Source: Azolla caroliniana (Eukaryota > Plantae > Polypodiophyta). Taken from it: DNA of 64,000 nucleotides. Position 1 is the stretch's first letter. Each line of letters starts with the position of its first letter. The notes under the pieces were generated by a model. The model had not been told where the DNA came from, did no database searches, and worked only from the letters and a program-made list of their open reading frames with translations. Of the stretch, positions 1 through 13,800 are shown one piece after another. Location: positions 17,980,001 through 18,044,000 of the forward strand of contig JBHGNT010000003.1 in NCBI GenBank assembly GCA_043228905.1, given 5' to 3'. A program made the position numbers and the translations under genes.

Positions 1-1159
1 GAGTAGAAGCAAAACTCTAATATGAATCAGGAAGACCATTTAGAACGGTCTGCACAAGTGAACTATCTGATATCATTTCATCAATAGAAATTAATTGTTC
101 CCTTAAATCTTTGATTTTTGTAAGAAAACATCCTTCTTTGCCTCATTTCTTGCTTGGTACAAAGTGGTAAGAGTATCCCGAGCATCCTTTGTTGTCTTAC
201 AAGAGTGAATATGGGGAATAATGGCACGTTTCACAGACAAAGCCATCAAAGCATGTGCGTAAGCATCTCTGCCATCCCGACGAAGTTGCTCTGCAGTTGG
301 TACAATAGAAATTGTAGCATGGGCATGAGCAAGATGATCAACATCCTCAACAGAATCAGTACCATCAGCATTTGTGTTCTCAACAACAGGACATTTTTTA
401 GCCCCTTGAACCACATTCCACAACCCCTTTGCTACTAATACATGGCGCATCATATAAGCCCATAGAGGGTAATTTATTCCATCCAGTTTATCCTCAACAG
501 CAAGCATTCAAAATACATCGTTGTTCTTAGCCATGGCCGTGAACTGAACACGTTTTGATGTAAAAAAATGGACTGCTGAATGAATAAAAGGGAATAACGT
601 ACCTCTTTGACTTGAAAGATGAACAAGCGAAGAGAAAAGGGAAGCAAATCTGATTTCTGAGGGTTGTAGGAATGTCTTGGAAGACTCAAGGAGGCTTTTT
701 CTAGGATTGAATCGACTTGGAAGCAAAAAAAAAACACAACTGACAATGCGCAGAGAAAGAAAACACGCAGAAATTTGTTTTTTCAACAGCAAAAAAACGC
801 CACCACAGATGGCATAGACGGACTGCGTATGACAGCCGTTGTGTTGCTACTCAAATGTCGCTTTGTAGCTCTTATACCACTGTTCGGTTCTTGCTTTGAA
901 TTATTTGTTGACATATTTTGGTAGTGATGTGTGTGAAAACACTTAGGACAATGATGTGTGAACACACTTAGGATAGTGATGTGTGTGAACACATTTAGGA
1001 CAGTAATGTGTGAACACGCTTAGGACAATGAGGTGTGTGAACACACTTAGGACTACAGGGGCATTTTTTCCCTCTTTAGGAGGTTTTTTCCCCGTCTAAA
1101 AATACTCTTACAACCCTAAAGTGGTGAAGCTTTTTGGGATTCAAAGCAAGAACCCAACA
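1..1159 (-). mobile_element. Ty1/Copia 5' portion (LTR, PBS, degenerate gag) in the last visible COG3 intron
   Basis: gag KLDGINYPLWAYMMRHVLVAKGLWNVV and QTVLNGLPDSY; PBS TGGTATAAGAGC (rc of 868-879, tRNA-iMet type); LTR 881-1159 with TG..CA ends. Confidence 0.85.
881..1159 (-). repeat. Copia LTR with ~20-bp inverted termini and five ~27-bp tandem units
   Basis: Termini TGTTCGGTTCTTGCTTTGAA ... TTCAAAGCAAGAACCCAACA; unit GTGATGTGTGTGAACACACTTAGGACA repeated at ~923-1053. Confidence 0.85.
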
Positions 1160-1489
1160 ATACTAAGAGGAGGTGATGACTTGAGTATCATACTAAAGAG
1201 AACACCTAGAAGGTTGAGCTCATAGACTTGGTGCTCCGGAGTACAATCCCTTCTTATAAAGGAGATACATCAAGAAAAAATTTGTATTTAGGTCCCATGG
1301 ATCAATATTGGTCTCTAGGGACACTAAAAATATCTATCTCTCTTTTTGGTGAAAACACAATTATATTAATAAATGTGTGTGAAAAACATTACTTACAATG
1401 GGTGTTACAATGGACTATGATCACCCACTAACTACATGGGTGGTGGATGGAACATGTTGAATTGCCAATAGGCAAGACGAACACTCCAC

Positions 1490-2005
1490 TAAGGAAATAA
1501 TTTCCACTTGCTCCAATAAGAAAATTGCCACATTAGTACCCCCTTCAACTTTCGTAGATATAATTTGACTCCATGCTTACCATCAAATACCAAAACATTG
1601 TGCATATCCCAATTATGACACAATCCCCAATACCTCAGAAATAGGAAAACAATCTCCATCTCTGAGTTGGGTCGACCTATGTGAATTGTGCAAACACCCG
1701 TTGTCTTGGTGTCAAATAACACCGTGATAAAACTTCCCAAATTTGAGAAATGTAGCTCCAAATCTGACAAGCTATCGGACATTGTACAAGATGATGAGTA
1801 CTATCTTCCATTTGAACATTGCAAAAGAAGTAATTGCCCATTGCTAGTCCATGTCACTTTGGAGCTAATCCCATAGGCAAACCCTCAATCAAAACTCTCC
1901 AAATGAAGACCTTTGCTACAAGTGGCACTTTAGAATGCCAACTATGTTTTTAGATGTACCAGCATCCATAATCAGAGTTGGGTGTTTTCCATTACTGTTC
2001 AGCCT
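1490..2005 (-). mobile_element. Degenerate L1-like LINE ORF2 C-terminal (zinc-finger) fragment
   Basis: Minus-strand translation gives FFCNVQMEDSTHHLVQCPIACQIWSYISQIW, a zf-RVT-like motif, with stops nearby. Confidence 0.6.
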
Positions 2006-2046
2006 TAGATGTATTTTCCATTCTCTCTCTCTCTCCCTCTCTCTCT

Positions 2047-3290
2047 AACCGAGGCATTGTTCCGATCAATGACATTTATCCAACGTCTTTGGGAGCTCCC
2101 TAAACGAAGGTACCCAAGGTTGGCACTTATGTCATCAAGACAACTGGCTGAAAATGGCGACACTCATTGTTGGTATGCTGAAATGCAGCAATGGTTCGAG
2201 TCACATGGCAAGAGTATAAATGCACTACCCCCCGTTCCAATATAGTTTGGTCTGTCCCCACCTAAATATGACCAAAGTGGAAAAGAATAGAGTGATCTGA
2301 ACTGATATTATTAACTAGAAAACAAGATAACATGGATCAGCCCCAAAATACCACTTGGTACAAAGATGCCCCACTATAAGACACACTTCTTACATACATC
2401 GGAGGATGGATTTGTCATCAGGCCACCTTATATGGACATACATCTATCCTATGCGCTGCGTAGTGTGATAGGGCAGCTGCGAACCTCATCACATCAGCTA
2501 CGGATTGAGGTGGGCAGATATACACGACTACCTCTAGAAGAGAGAATTTGCCAATTGTGTCATCAAGGAGTGGAATCTGAAGAACACTATGTTTGTCATT
2601 GTAGTGTCTTTTATGAAATCAGAGGGAGATACCATTGCCTCTTTAAACAAGGCTTTGGCCCACTACGCAAGGTAATGGAATATGAGGACCAAAGATGCCT
2701 AGGACTTTTCTTGCTCGAGCTCAAGAGACATCCGGAAAAGTTGTTGAAGAATACAACCACACAAGCTCATCCACAAAGAACAATCACAACTTTCTTTAGC
2801 TCGATCACTCCTAATGCTAGAAGTCAACCCCAAGATACAGAAATGGGATCCAGACCAGGATATAACAAAGGGGTTACGATTGATCGGGCAATGGCAATTT
2901 GCCGTGCACAGAGGCCACGGGCCCATGGACCACGACCTCGACACCCTTGTCATCGACAAATAAAAGCCATTATCTCCCGCCATCATAGGTGCTTCCCTCG
3001 CTTCGGAGACATTTCCATTCTAGATCGACCTATGATAGAGATCTTTCGGAGACAAAAGCTACAATATACCTAACTTGAGAATCTCGCATGTGCCAAAAAC
3101 CAAATTGTCTCGTTTTTTTTTTTCATCTTATTTACTTTTATATTTACTGTGTAATATTTACTTTATTTTGATTTGTTCTCAAAGACGAGAAAACATTTAA
3201 GATGTAATCTCTTATTCGGTCTTATAGGCCATTTTGGCCTCTTAAAAGACGTTAATATATCTTTCTTTCTTTTCTTTCTTTCTCTCTCTC
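2047..3290 (+). mobile_element. 5'-truncated RTE-X-like LINE (copy A)
   Basis: ORF 2366-3073 has [34 protein letters not shown] (C-terminal CCHC domain). A 3' hairpin at 3219-3250 is followed by a (TCTT)n/(TC)n tail, and the 5' end abuts (CT)n at ~2022-2046. Clade assignment is inferred from the motif. Confidence 0.85.
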
Positions 3291-4545
3291 ACTTGAGAAT
3301 CTCACATGTGCCGAAAACCAGATTCCCTCGGCTCTTTTTATATTATTTACTTTTATATTTCTAGAGTAATATTTATTTTATTTTGATTTGTTGTTCTCAA
3401 AGACGAGACAACACGTAAGATGTAGTCTCTTTTATCGGCCATTTTGGCCTCTTAAAAAACGTTAATATATCTTTCTTTCTGTCTCTCTCTCTGAACTGAT
3501 ATTATTAACTTGGAAAGCAAGGTGACATGGATCTGCCCCAAAATATCACTTGGTATGAAGATGGCCCACTACAAGACAGTAGACGGACAGAACATTTTTA
3601 ATAGAGCAACTACAGGACAATCATGATTGGCCATTAATTGGCTAAACTAATTGCCTTAAACCGTGTGAATGTTTCCCTACTACATGGACAGAAATAGAGC
3701 AATTATGGGAAAATCATGATTGGCCATTAGTTAGCTGAACAGTACGTACAAAGGTTTGTTAATAAACATGGATAATTTAGTGATTAACTAGACTCAAACA
3801 TGAGTAAAAAGATCAGAACCAGAGCATACATACCTAGGTGTAAGATTTACAAGGCCTAGGTTTTTCTTAGGGAGGCTGCTGTGCCTAACTTTGTCATGGA
3901 CAAGGTGCACATTTGCAGTTCCAAGAGCCACGAACTGAACTGTGGCTATTTGATACACTTGTCACACCAACTCTTCTCTATGGAGTAGAAAAGTGATGAC
4001 CAACTTAACAAGGTGAATTACTGGAAAGATCTAGAGAGACATTTAGTGTCAATGATTGCCCACATGAAAAGGAGCAAAGCATTGGTGCCCCGTGATATAA
4101 TCCGGACGGGGATGGGGGCAGCCCAAATAAATCCAACGTTTTTGGGAGCTCCCTCAAGGAAGGTACTCAAGGTTGGCACTTATGTCATCAAGACAATTGG
4201 CTGAACATGGAGACATTCATTGTTGGAAAAGAATAGAGTGAACTGATATTATTAACTTGGAAAACAAGGTAACATGGATCAGCCCCAAAATATCACTTGG
4301 TACGAACATGGCCCAGTACCTAGACACTTGGTACACGCATCATAGGATGGATTCATTATCAGGCCATCTTATATGGACATAAATCTATTCTACGTGTTGC
4401 GCAATGTGATAAGGCAGCTGTGAACCTCATCAGATCAGTTAGAGATTGAGGTATGCACAAATAGCTCTAGAAAAACGAATTCGCCAATTGTGTCATCAAG
4501 GAGTGGAATCCCAACAATATTGTGTTTGTCATTGTATATACAAAG
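3291..4545 (+). mobile_element. Further truncated fragments of the same LINE family
   Basis: Duplicate 3' tail at 3291-3492 and ORF fragments at 3493-3576 and ~3832-4545, all homologous to 2047-3290 and to the reverse complement of 13748-15300. Confidence 0.8.
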
Positions 4546-4844
4546 GGAGATGAGAAATATCAAAGTTGCAAAAACGAATAACCCAAGAAAATATCATGAA
4601 CAAAATGAATAGTTTGAAATCATAACCATCTCATACAATCTTATCAACTAAGCTATAACCGATTGGTTTTTTCATTTTTTGCTCGTAAAATGCATTTTGC
4701 ATTATAATGTGTACAAGATAGATGATAAAGATCAACATTGGCAAAACTAATACCCCAACAAAATATACTGAAAAAGAAATTTGGATTTCTGGCATAACAA
4801 TATTTAAACAAACAATGTTTATAAAAGACAATAGAAAATCTTAC

Positions 4845-7800
4845 TTGATTGGCTTGAAAAGTATTGATCTTGTTGAAGGATTCTGAAGGTAAAGCTTCAT
4901 TTTTTTCATAACCTGTGGGAGATCCTTCTTAACTGCATCATCAACCTACAAGAGTATGGAAACTGTTATTCCACAGAGACTTCCAAATCATACCCAAGAA
5001 GGAGATGCATTCTCTTAACGTCCTCAATTACTCTAATGGATTATTATCGGCTGAGGACACACATACTTTGACCTTTTCAACCTTAAAACATGGAAATACA
5101 ACTCCGACATGGGTAAACTTGCTACTAAAAACATGCAACCTAAGAAGAGTTACAGTTCCAATAAAAAGTAACAACTTTATGGAGTAAATAAATTGTAAGA
5201 CCCGAAATAAAGCAAAGGTAATTCATGAGTGTCAAAACACACATTTTTAGTACTAGATGCATTGATGCCATAATCTTAAGCTTTATAGATGGCATTCACA
5301 TCTCATTCCTCCAAAATACATAGATTTTAACATTAACTCTGGTAGTATTTCCATGCTGTTCTGACATAGTTGTAACATACTTACCATACAATACTCATAG
5401 AATACATATGCTTGTAAAATACTTACCATACAATATGCATAGAATACATATGCTAAGTATTTTTAAAGTATTCTACCTTCTTTTCTTAAACACTTACGAT
5501 ATAGAACATGTGTATTCTAAAGATAAAATGTAAAATACATGTAGAATACTTTAAATGCTTCTTATGTTTACATTATATCTAACAATTGTTTTATGGCCAA
5601 ATTTTTATTTTTTATTACTTCTTTGTTTTTTTTTTTAAATTTAAATTTTTAGGAAACTTATAATAGGTCTTAAATAAGTAGAATACGTAAAACACTTAGA
5701 ATACACCAAATACGTTCAAACATTTTGAAATGGCCGTTCTAAAATGTAGAATACATGTTAAATACATCAAAGTATTCTAAAACATATTCTAAACATAAAT
5801 TAGTGGTTTTTAACAACTATAGTTGTTTCATCAAATAATTTGAAGGATAATTTATCAGATAGAACAGTCCACAACAGGCACCTTGTTGTAACCAACTAGG
5901 CTCAGAATCATGGATGAAAAAGATTTCCCTTCAAAGAAATTGTATTTTTAATGCTGGATGCTAAGCAGTGAGTCACATATCAGTTTCAATTAGACAAAAT
6001 GGATTTTTTGGGCAAGCACAAAGGAACTAAACTTAAACTGCCGCATATTGGACTCTATATTTCATGAATATTCTTACTTTAAAGCATATTATCTACAAAC
6101 TCCAGATCGTATGCAGATTTTATTACCTTGCCAACCATTTCAGTAACTTTCTCCGGAGTTGCAAAAGCTTGATCTTTTAGCAGCTTTCGTCCCTCTTCCC
6201 CACTACGTGATGTCATGGAAACTTTCACTGCTGTAACCTACAAAAAGTAAGAGAAACTAATTAAATTCTTACATTAGAATAATTCCATCTTTATAGCTTG
6301 CAAATATCCTCTTTTTCAATAGCCTTACTGCACTCAGAAAAAAATCTCTAATTACATGCAGACCTAGATCAAAGTTGCATACAAGAAGGCACACATAGCT
6401 TCATAAGAACAAAGACATGTATAAAAGGATATGTACATTCTTTGTATTTGTTATTCTTCTCTCCTGTATATGTACACTTAAGATGTAATCTCTTGTTTGG
6501 TGTTATAGGCCATTTTGGCCTCTTAAAAGACGTTAATATATCTTTCTTTCTTCATGGATTCTCATAAGTGCATGACCAGAAAGCCATGTATAGCATCATA
6601 TCTTATAGTAAGCTAACAGTTGTTATGCCTTTCATATACTATCAAGCATGAAAAATCAGAAAGTTTCAAGCATCCATGAGCTTTAAGCTCTTCACGCACA
6701 ACAAAGCAAGTTGCAAATATATATGAACACACACACACACATGCTACAAGCATCCAAGATGAACTCTTCATGCATTCCCTTGGATATCTTAAATAGGTTT
6801 AAAACCAACATAAAACATTTAACACTTTCTAAATACGCAAATAAAGAAATGAAGTTCTTATTTTTAATTTACTTTTTTGTTCTGCTTTTTCCTTGCTCTA
6901 TTCACATAGTAAAAACCCAAATCCATCATGACATTTGAGGAATAATTACATATCATCAAATATAAGTGATAACCAGCTTAAGACCAAGTCCACACTCCTT
7001 TCTTGTCATTCTTGATGTGGATAGAAAGAACAAATATTCACACCTTGTAAGAGGCAAGAATGAACTATGAAAATGAACAAGAAATCACATCTTAAAATGT
7101 TGTCTCAGGTGGAGAGCAAACAAAACTAAATCATTCTATCCCTGAAACATTTGGCTTAAGGTGAGCTCAAGGGGATGGAAATTTCTGTCTCCACATCTTG
7201 AGACCTCTAAAAGATCAAGAGGTGGATATATAGACGAATGTGACAAGAGAGCTTAACAAGCTGAATCAATAGGAAAACTTTGTACATGGGTTTGTGGAAA
7301 TCTGAAGCAAGTCAGGTGGCCTTTTACATATATTTTAAACTGCTGGTAACAAAGCATTTTTGCACCATTATGAAGAACTTGAGTTCAAGGTTTTTTGTTT
7401 ATTTTTACAATTTGGCTTTGAACTATCTCTTTGATTATTTATTAATTACATTATATTTCAATATGCTTTGAAATTTGATCCTTTTTCAGTTATGACACAA
7501 AAGTTGGTATGACAGTAGAAAACATACATATTGAGTGAGCATGGTTGATTCTAGGTGAATAATATGTACAAAATCGCAATACAGTGTGTCTATACAAGAA
7601 CTTTATAGATGGAAATCTAACACAAAAACAGAGGCAAAGGCATAACCTGTTTTAAGCATCAAAACAACCCATAAACTCCAAATCTTGTTGAAAAACTTTC
7701 CCATAAACATTCATTGGGATACTACTGTTATACAACAAGTACTCTTTATGCATAGAAGAAAGGAGGAATCTCATAAAACTATAACAGGACAATAATTAAA

Positions 7801-10800
7801 AAACAATACCCACCTTAGTTATAAATGATAGCATTGGCTCAACTGCTAGTTTGGTTATGGACATGATAAACTGTTCACATGTACTCTTTAGATTCTTCTC
7901 CAAATCCTGTCATTGCATAATGTTATATTTCTATTCAATCCTTTACATCTGTAGCACCCAGAATTAGCATACAATGTCAAGAACATTTCTTGTAGTACAC
8001 CTTTTTAGCGTCCAGATGATTTTCAGTTACACGAGGTGAAAACGCTCGTGCAAAGGTTGAACGGCTTGTGAAATCAAAGAATGATGCTTGCCCCCGAAAT
8101 ATCCTTCTTAAATGATCCTGATAACGTAGCATAACAAAGTTAAAACTCATAACAGAAAAATCTAGGAATACATGGAGCTACGTAAAGGAGGAATTAATCC
8201 TGTAGTTTGATAATAATACCACATGACAAGATTTCTTAGTTTGTATATTCTGCACTTACAAGAAGATGAGCAAAATCCAACTCCTTGTAAGTTATTGCAA
8301 AATCAATGTCAAATGGTGCAATCTGTCAACAACAATAATAAGCTCTAAGAACAATAATAGCAAATGATTTTTCATGAGTATGTTATTCAAAAATATACGA
8401 AGTTAACTGATAGAAAACGAATTTTCAGGAGCAAGTTTTATGCTACCTGTTCACGCAGTATGAGAAGATATTTGATAAGAAATAACTGGCTATCCATTTG
8501 AGAAGATTGTTTTGCAATCAATTTGCTGGCCTTCTGAAAAGTTGTGCAATCATATTTATGGTTTTAACTTCTGTAAATTTTAGAGTTGACCTCAGTTCAA
8601 TGCAATTTAACAACCAAGCTAACCTGTATTGACATAGAGCATACTGCAATTGAATCCTACAAAAAACCCCTTGTTTTAGAATACAAAAACAACTAAACAT
8701 GGAGGTCATAGGTGAATTTCAGCAATATTACCTGTGCAAGTCCAGTAAAAATTTCAGGTTCCAAGCATCTATAAAGCTTTGATAAGCATGAGAGAGTTTT
8801 CTGAAGAGGTGGGTACAAATCACTGGAAGTTTCCCTCCCCAGTTCACCCTGAATAAAATAATGATCAAGAGATGATGTTCCTGAAATTCATGCATTGTTA
8901 CCGTGCATTTTATAAGAATATGCTTGAAGAATCAGACCTCTTTATCAGAATCTGCTATCAAGTTCACCTCACGCTCAAGCCTCCCCGGATACTCCAGGTC
9001 TTCAGACGATGGTAAAAAGTTTGCAACCTGCACTCCAGATTTTTGTAAATATTGTAGAGACAATTGTCTAAATATCAAGAGATTGATTTGATCAATTTGC
9101 AGACAGGTATTTAAATTTTGGGAAAACTGTGAAATACTCAAGTTTTTTTCCCGCCCTCAAATGCCCCTAATTGTTATTTCCTGTCTTGAGAAATTATGCG
9201 GTCAATTCAACCCATTATAGTTTCTTTGGGAACTGGCCAGGCCCATTATTTGTGGGAATGACACAAATTAACAGCCCTTTCGGAAAAGGACAAAAGAACT
9301 CTGGGTTATTTCAAGGTTTTTCCTTTATACACATCTGAAAAATACATCCTAAAATTAAAATTCATTAATCCACAGAGAATTTTCTGATACGAATAAAGTA
9401 AGGCATATTCATGTGCACAATAAGATCAATCAAACCTATACCTCGTCTCGTATAAATGTCTGAGCCCGAAAAGTGACTCTTTCTTGTACATCAGCCAATA
9501 TACGTATAATTGTTGGTTTTAGAACAGCTACAGATTCCCCCCGTCGACCAATCTCCTCCTCAAGCACTTCAACTTTGAGAATTTCTACAAGCTCACACAG
9601 CAGTTCTAGATCCGCTTCATAAATGAGCTTTGGACGCAGAACATCGTAGAAAACTGTACACCTATCATTATCATTGAAGTGTTAAAAAAATACAATCTGC
9701 AGCTCTCATTAAATGTGAAGATACTTACAAAGGATCAACAAGTGGAGTAAGGTTTGAAACATCCGAGGATGATGACGAGAAGAAGTGATCAAAAAGTTGA
9801 TGTTCTGATTGGCAAACCTGTGAACTGCAAACTATTACTAACTAGCTCTATAAAAACTATCACAGAACTTCATACAAATATTTTCACAACATATTAGTTG
9901 CAACACAGATCTATTATGCTTCACACAACCCTCTTTCCATACATCCACCACTTTCCTTTTCTTTAAGCTTTCAACTTATTATGGGAGAGGGAGATTTCTA
10001 TATAAGACCAAACATCCGTCATAGCAACTAAACGATTACCTGCATCAGGTAGGCACAACCTTGTCGTGTGAAAGATGCCAATGCTTCACTCTTGGAATAT
10101 TCTAGAATGCGTTGCCGAACTACTCCTCGAACCTGTGGCACAAAATAAGCAGTACCATTTCTGCTATTGCACACTTCGCCATGGGAGAAAAGGTAAAAAG
10201 GTGGTTTTACACACAAAAGTGGCATACAAGAGATAAACGCTGCTCACAGTAAAGGGATTGACAATCTTCTAGAATCTGTGCATATTCCATCCTTGATTTC
10301 CTACTCTCTACCTCCTCCATCAATGGCTTAATCTGTAAAACCAGTAATTAAGCATCAACATTTTCTCATAAGTCTCAGATCTACAAACATTGTCTTTCAC
10401 CAAAGTTTTACCTCACTAGCTGCAGCTTTGAACCGTACATACAAAACTGATGTCTCTGCTGCCTCTGATAAAGGCGCTTTTCCATGAACAGAAGCACTTT
10501 CTTTGATACCTGTTTGCACCTATTTTAAATACAATTGATCAACACAAGCCTTCCTAAACCTCCAACATTCTTAATACAAACCCCTGTTGCGAGTTAGAGG
10601 AAAACATCAACTCTCCTTTTATATATATCACAGGCAGTATTGGTTGGTTATTGTGCCTGCTCTTTTCAGAGAAAAATAAAAATGAATAGGAAAGACCCTC
10701 ATTTATTAATAAAAAGTTGAGAGTTATCTCATTGTGAAATATTCTACACTTTTTCTTTTACCGACTTTTTATTTCACTGTGGAAATATGAAGAAAACACA

Positions 10801-13800
10801 ACATTGGATCATGGATGTGTAAAAAAGAAAGTATAATCTATTATAAATCAATATTATCATAAGCTAATAAAAATGAATAGGCAAGACCCTCATTTATTAA
10901 TCTACAAGCCAGAATATGTAGTTTGGTGTGTGTGCGTGCGTGCGTGTTTTGGGGGAGGAGGGGGGGGGGGGGGGAAGTAACATTATAGTCTGGGTAAAAT
11001 AAATGCCCTCCCATCTGGATAATATGAGAATTCTCTATTCATATGCAAGCTCTCATGAACAAGTAATTGTTGGATTACGCGGATACTTATTAACAAATAT
11101 ACAGCCCATTGCATATTATTTACTGCAAAAATTGTTTAGCTTTAATTTTATTCAACTTTGCTAACTTCTTTTTACAAAGTCCTCACATAGGGCCTTCCAT
11201 AAAGAGAGAATCATTCAAAAGGTAATAGTAGAAAAGCACACTAATATAAAGATCAACAGATTCCAGTGCTAAGAGAATTATTTGACATAAACCTAGAAAG
11301 CATAAAATCAAGAATATCATATGCCAAATTACCTGCTGGGATGCCATTTTCAGGACTCCAAGTATGTGTGTCCTCACCATACCCAGTGCTCGAGACTGCT
11401 CAAAGAGAAAAAACAAAACATCGACATAAAATGCTTTGGAATTTCCTCATTTCTATTTTTTCTGAATCAATAAATTATCTGAAGGTAGACATGACCAAGC
11501 ATTAGTCATTTTTTACTCTCATAAAAAAATAGATGCTCATCTACAGCAACAGAATTTAATACTCTTGATTGTTTTATTTAAAGAACTTCCCTAGGACATA
11601 ATCTAATACAGCAAAGAAGGAAAGATATATAAAATCTCTAAATAAACATAATGGCCAATGAGATCTAACAAAAATTACAACTGTTTACATTAACTCATCG
11701 GCAGAAATAACAGATTAAAAATGTATTTCTACCCTAGATTCCTAAAAATAAATGGCTTGAAATGCAATCATGAATCATAAATAACCAACAATCACTTTCA
11801 GTGCTTGATCATTAGAGCTGAAATTTTTTGCCTCTAAAAATACCATAATGGGGTTAGCCAATATAGAAGTTTCAGCAGAATGAGGAGAGTGTCTCAGATT
11901 CATAACAAGAATGCTTCATAAGCACTATAAACATTTTCCAGGTAGAAAAGAAACAAGCAATACCTGGAGTTGTTGAAACTTTACCATATACACAGCTGAA
12001 TCTGCATACTGCGGATTATTGCTAACATACCTGTACAATATATTGTACTCAATCAATCAAGTTTCTAAAAGGTGTATTCAATTACTTATGAGTAATCTGA
12101 TCATTTGAAGTGTGTTAGAATAATTTCACTTCCAAAAGGTCCTTACAATATGCATTCATCAAGTCGTTTCAACAAAGGAAGGAAATGTCCACTGGCAACA
12201 CTCATTGTAGGAGCATAAAACTGTGTTGCAATCTGTTGTTTAAAAATAAAAAATATCATGATTTGCTCATATAGAGATTAGAAAATTCTATGTGCATAAT
12301 ACATTTCTATAAAAATAGGGTGGTTGAAGTTGCAGAGAACATACAGAAGCAAAGATGGACATTACAAACTCATATGAGAAAATGTCTGCCTGTGCTATTA
12401 TAATTTATGTATTTACAAAGCTTAACAAGGCACAAAACGCATAATAATCATCATGAATACATTTCTTTACACCTGTTGGAACTTGAATTCTTTACATGGT
12501 TTTTACCTACCTGTTGTCTTTATAGTTTCATACTGAAAACAATATTGCATCCTACATGAACTACAAGGCCTTTTTTGATAGTGTGAGCTCAATTACATGC
12601 AACAAGTTTTGTTTTGAACACCAAATGAATGTAAACTTTTACTTATCAAAACCAAGGATTATTTCCATGCTTTCAAAAAGATAAGTCCCAAGCTTGAAAA
12701 TGACTGCAATGACTATTTTCATGTTCCTTGTTCAGTAATTAATCATCTACAATCGACAATGTTCATGTTAAATGTAATAGATTGGATCTCTCCATTACAT
12801 TTCTTTGTAAATATATGCACATAGTTAAAACGAAACAAAATAATCCCTCTACTACAGCCTATCATCTGAGTACTTGTGTTATCAAATTTCACAGTAAAAT
12901 TGATGGAATTCTTTGGTTCAAAGTTAAAACTTCATAATAATATTGCATCATTTATAATGTTAATATATATATTTAATATAATATAAACAATGTCCCCTCG
13001 TAATGAAACCTACATGTCCACTTTAGCATGAAGGAACATGTTGAGTGTCAGATAAGTTGTCCCACAATAGGTTGGAACCTAAAATCAATCTTTCATTATG
13101 TTTCAATGATTATCTAGGAAAGCAAATGCACAGCATTTATTCATGCTAGAACTAAATTACTTCATTTCAAGAAAACAACTTACATTTTCCAATTCATCAA
13201 AATAATTAAGCTTGTTTCTCAATGCATTCGCAAATTCCAGCAACCTATCTTTCTCTAGTACCTGCGACCAATTAAGCATCACAAATAAAGGTATGCAACA
13301 GTGACTTCCTGTTACAGACCATCACCACAGTAAAACGAAACAAAAGAAACATTTCTGAACAAAACCTCATATATGAAACCTTATCTTATTTAGAAATATA
13401 ATTTCTTACCAATCTCTCACATGCATCATGCAATGTCTTTGTTTTGGTTGCAACTGTCTGATGTTGTTCTTGCAAGTCATCAAAGAGATGCAACGTGCTA
13501 TCTAGCTACAAATTCAAAAATATTTGAAACTGTAAATTAGTACATATTTAATATTTATACCATCACAAATAAGACCAGGATCTTGGACTTCCAGGACATA
13601 AACAAAAGCCACAGATAAAAACCATCATTCATAGACGAAAAAGAAAAACTGTCCTCTCTTTATATCCTAGTTCCTGAATAAGCAAAATTCCACGCAAAAT
13701 CTCAAGTTTTGATGGGTAAATTTGATCATGACAAAAAGATGGACATAGAAACAAACAAACAAACAAAGATATATTATGTCTTTTAAGAGGCCAAAATGGC

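Noticed and set aside
1-4844. Terminal COG3 exon
   Set aside because: No segment encoding the expected NIVEAH-like C-terminus was found; the region is mostly TE-derived, so the exon probably lies outside the window.
10950-10974. Poly-G tract next to (GT)n/(GCGT)n as a G-quadruplex element
   Set aside because: Simple intronic repeat with no supporting evidence for function; homopolymer length is unreliable.
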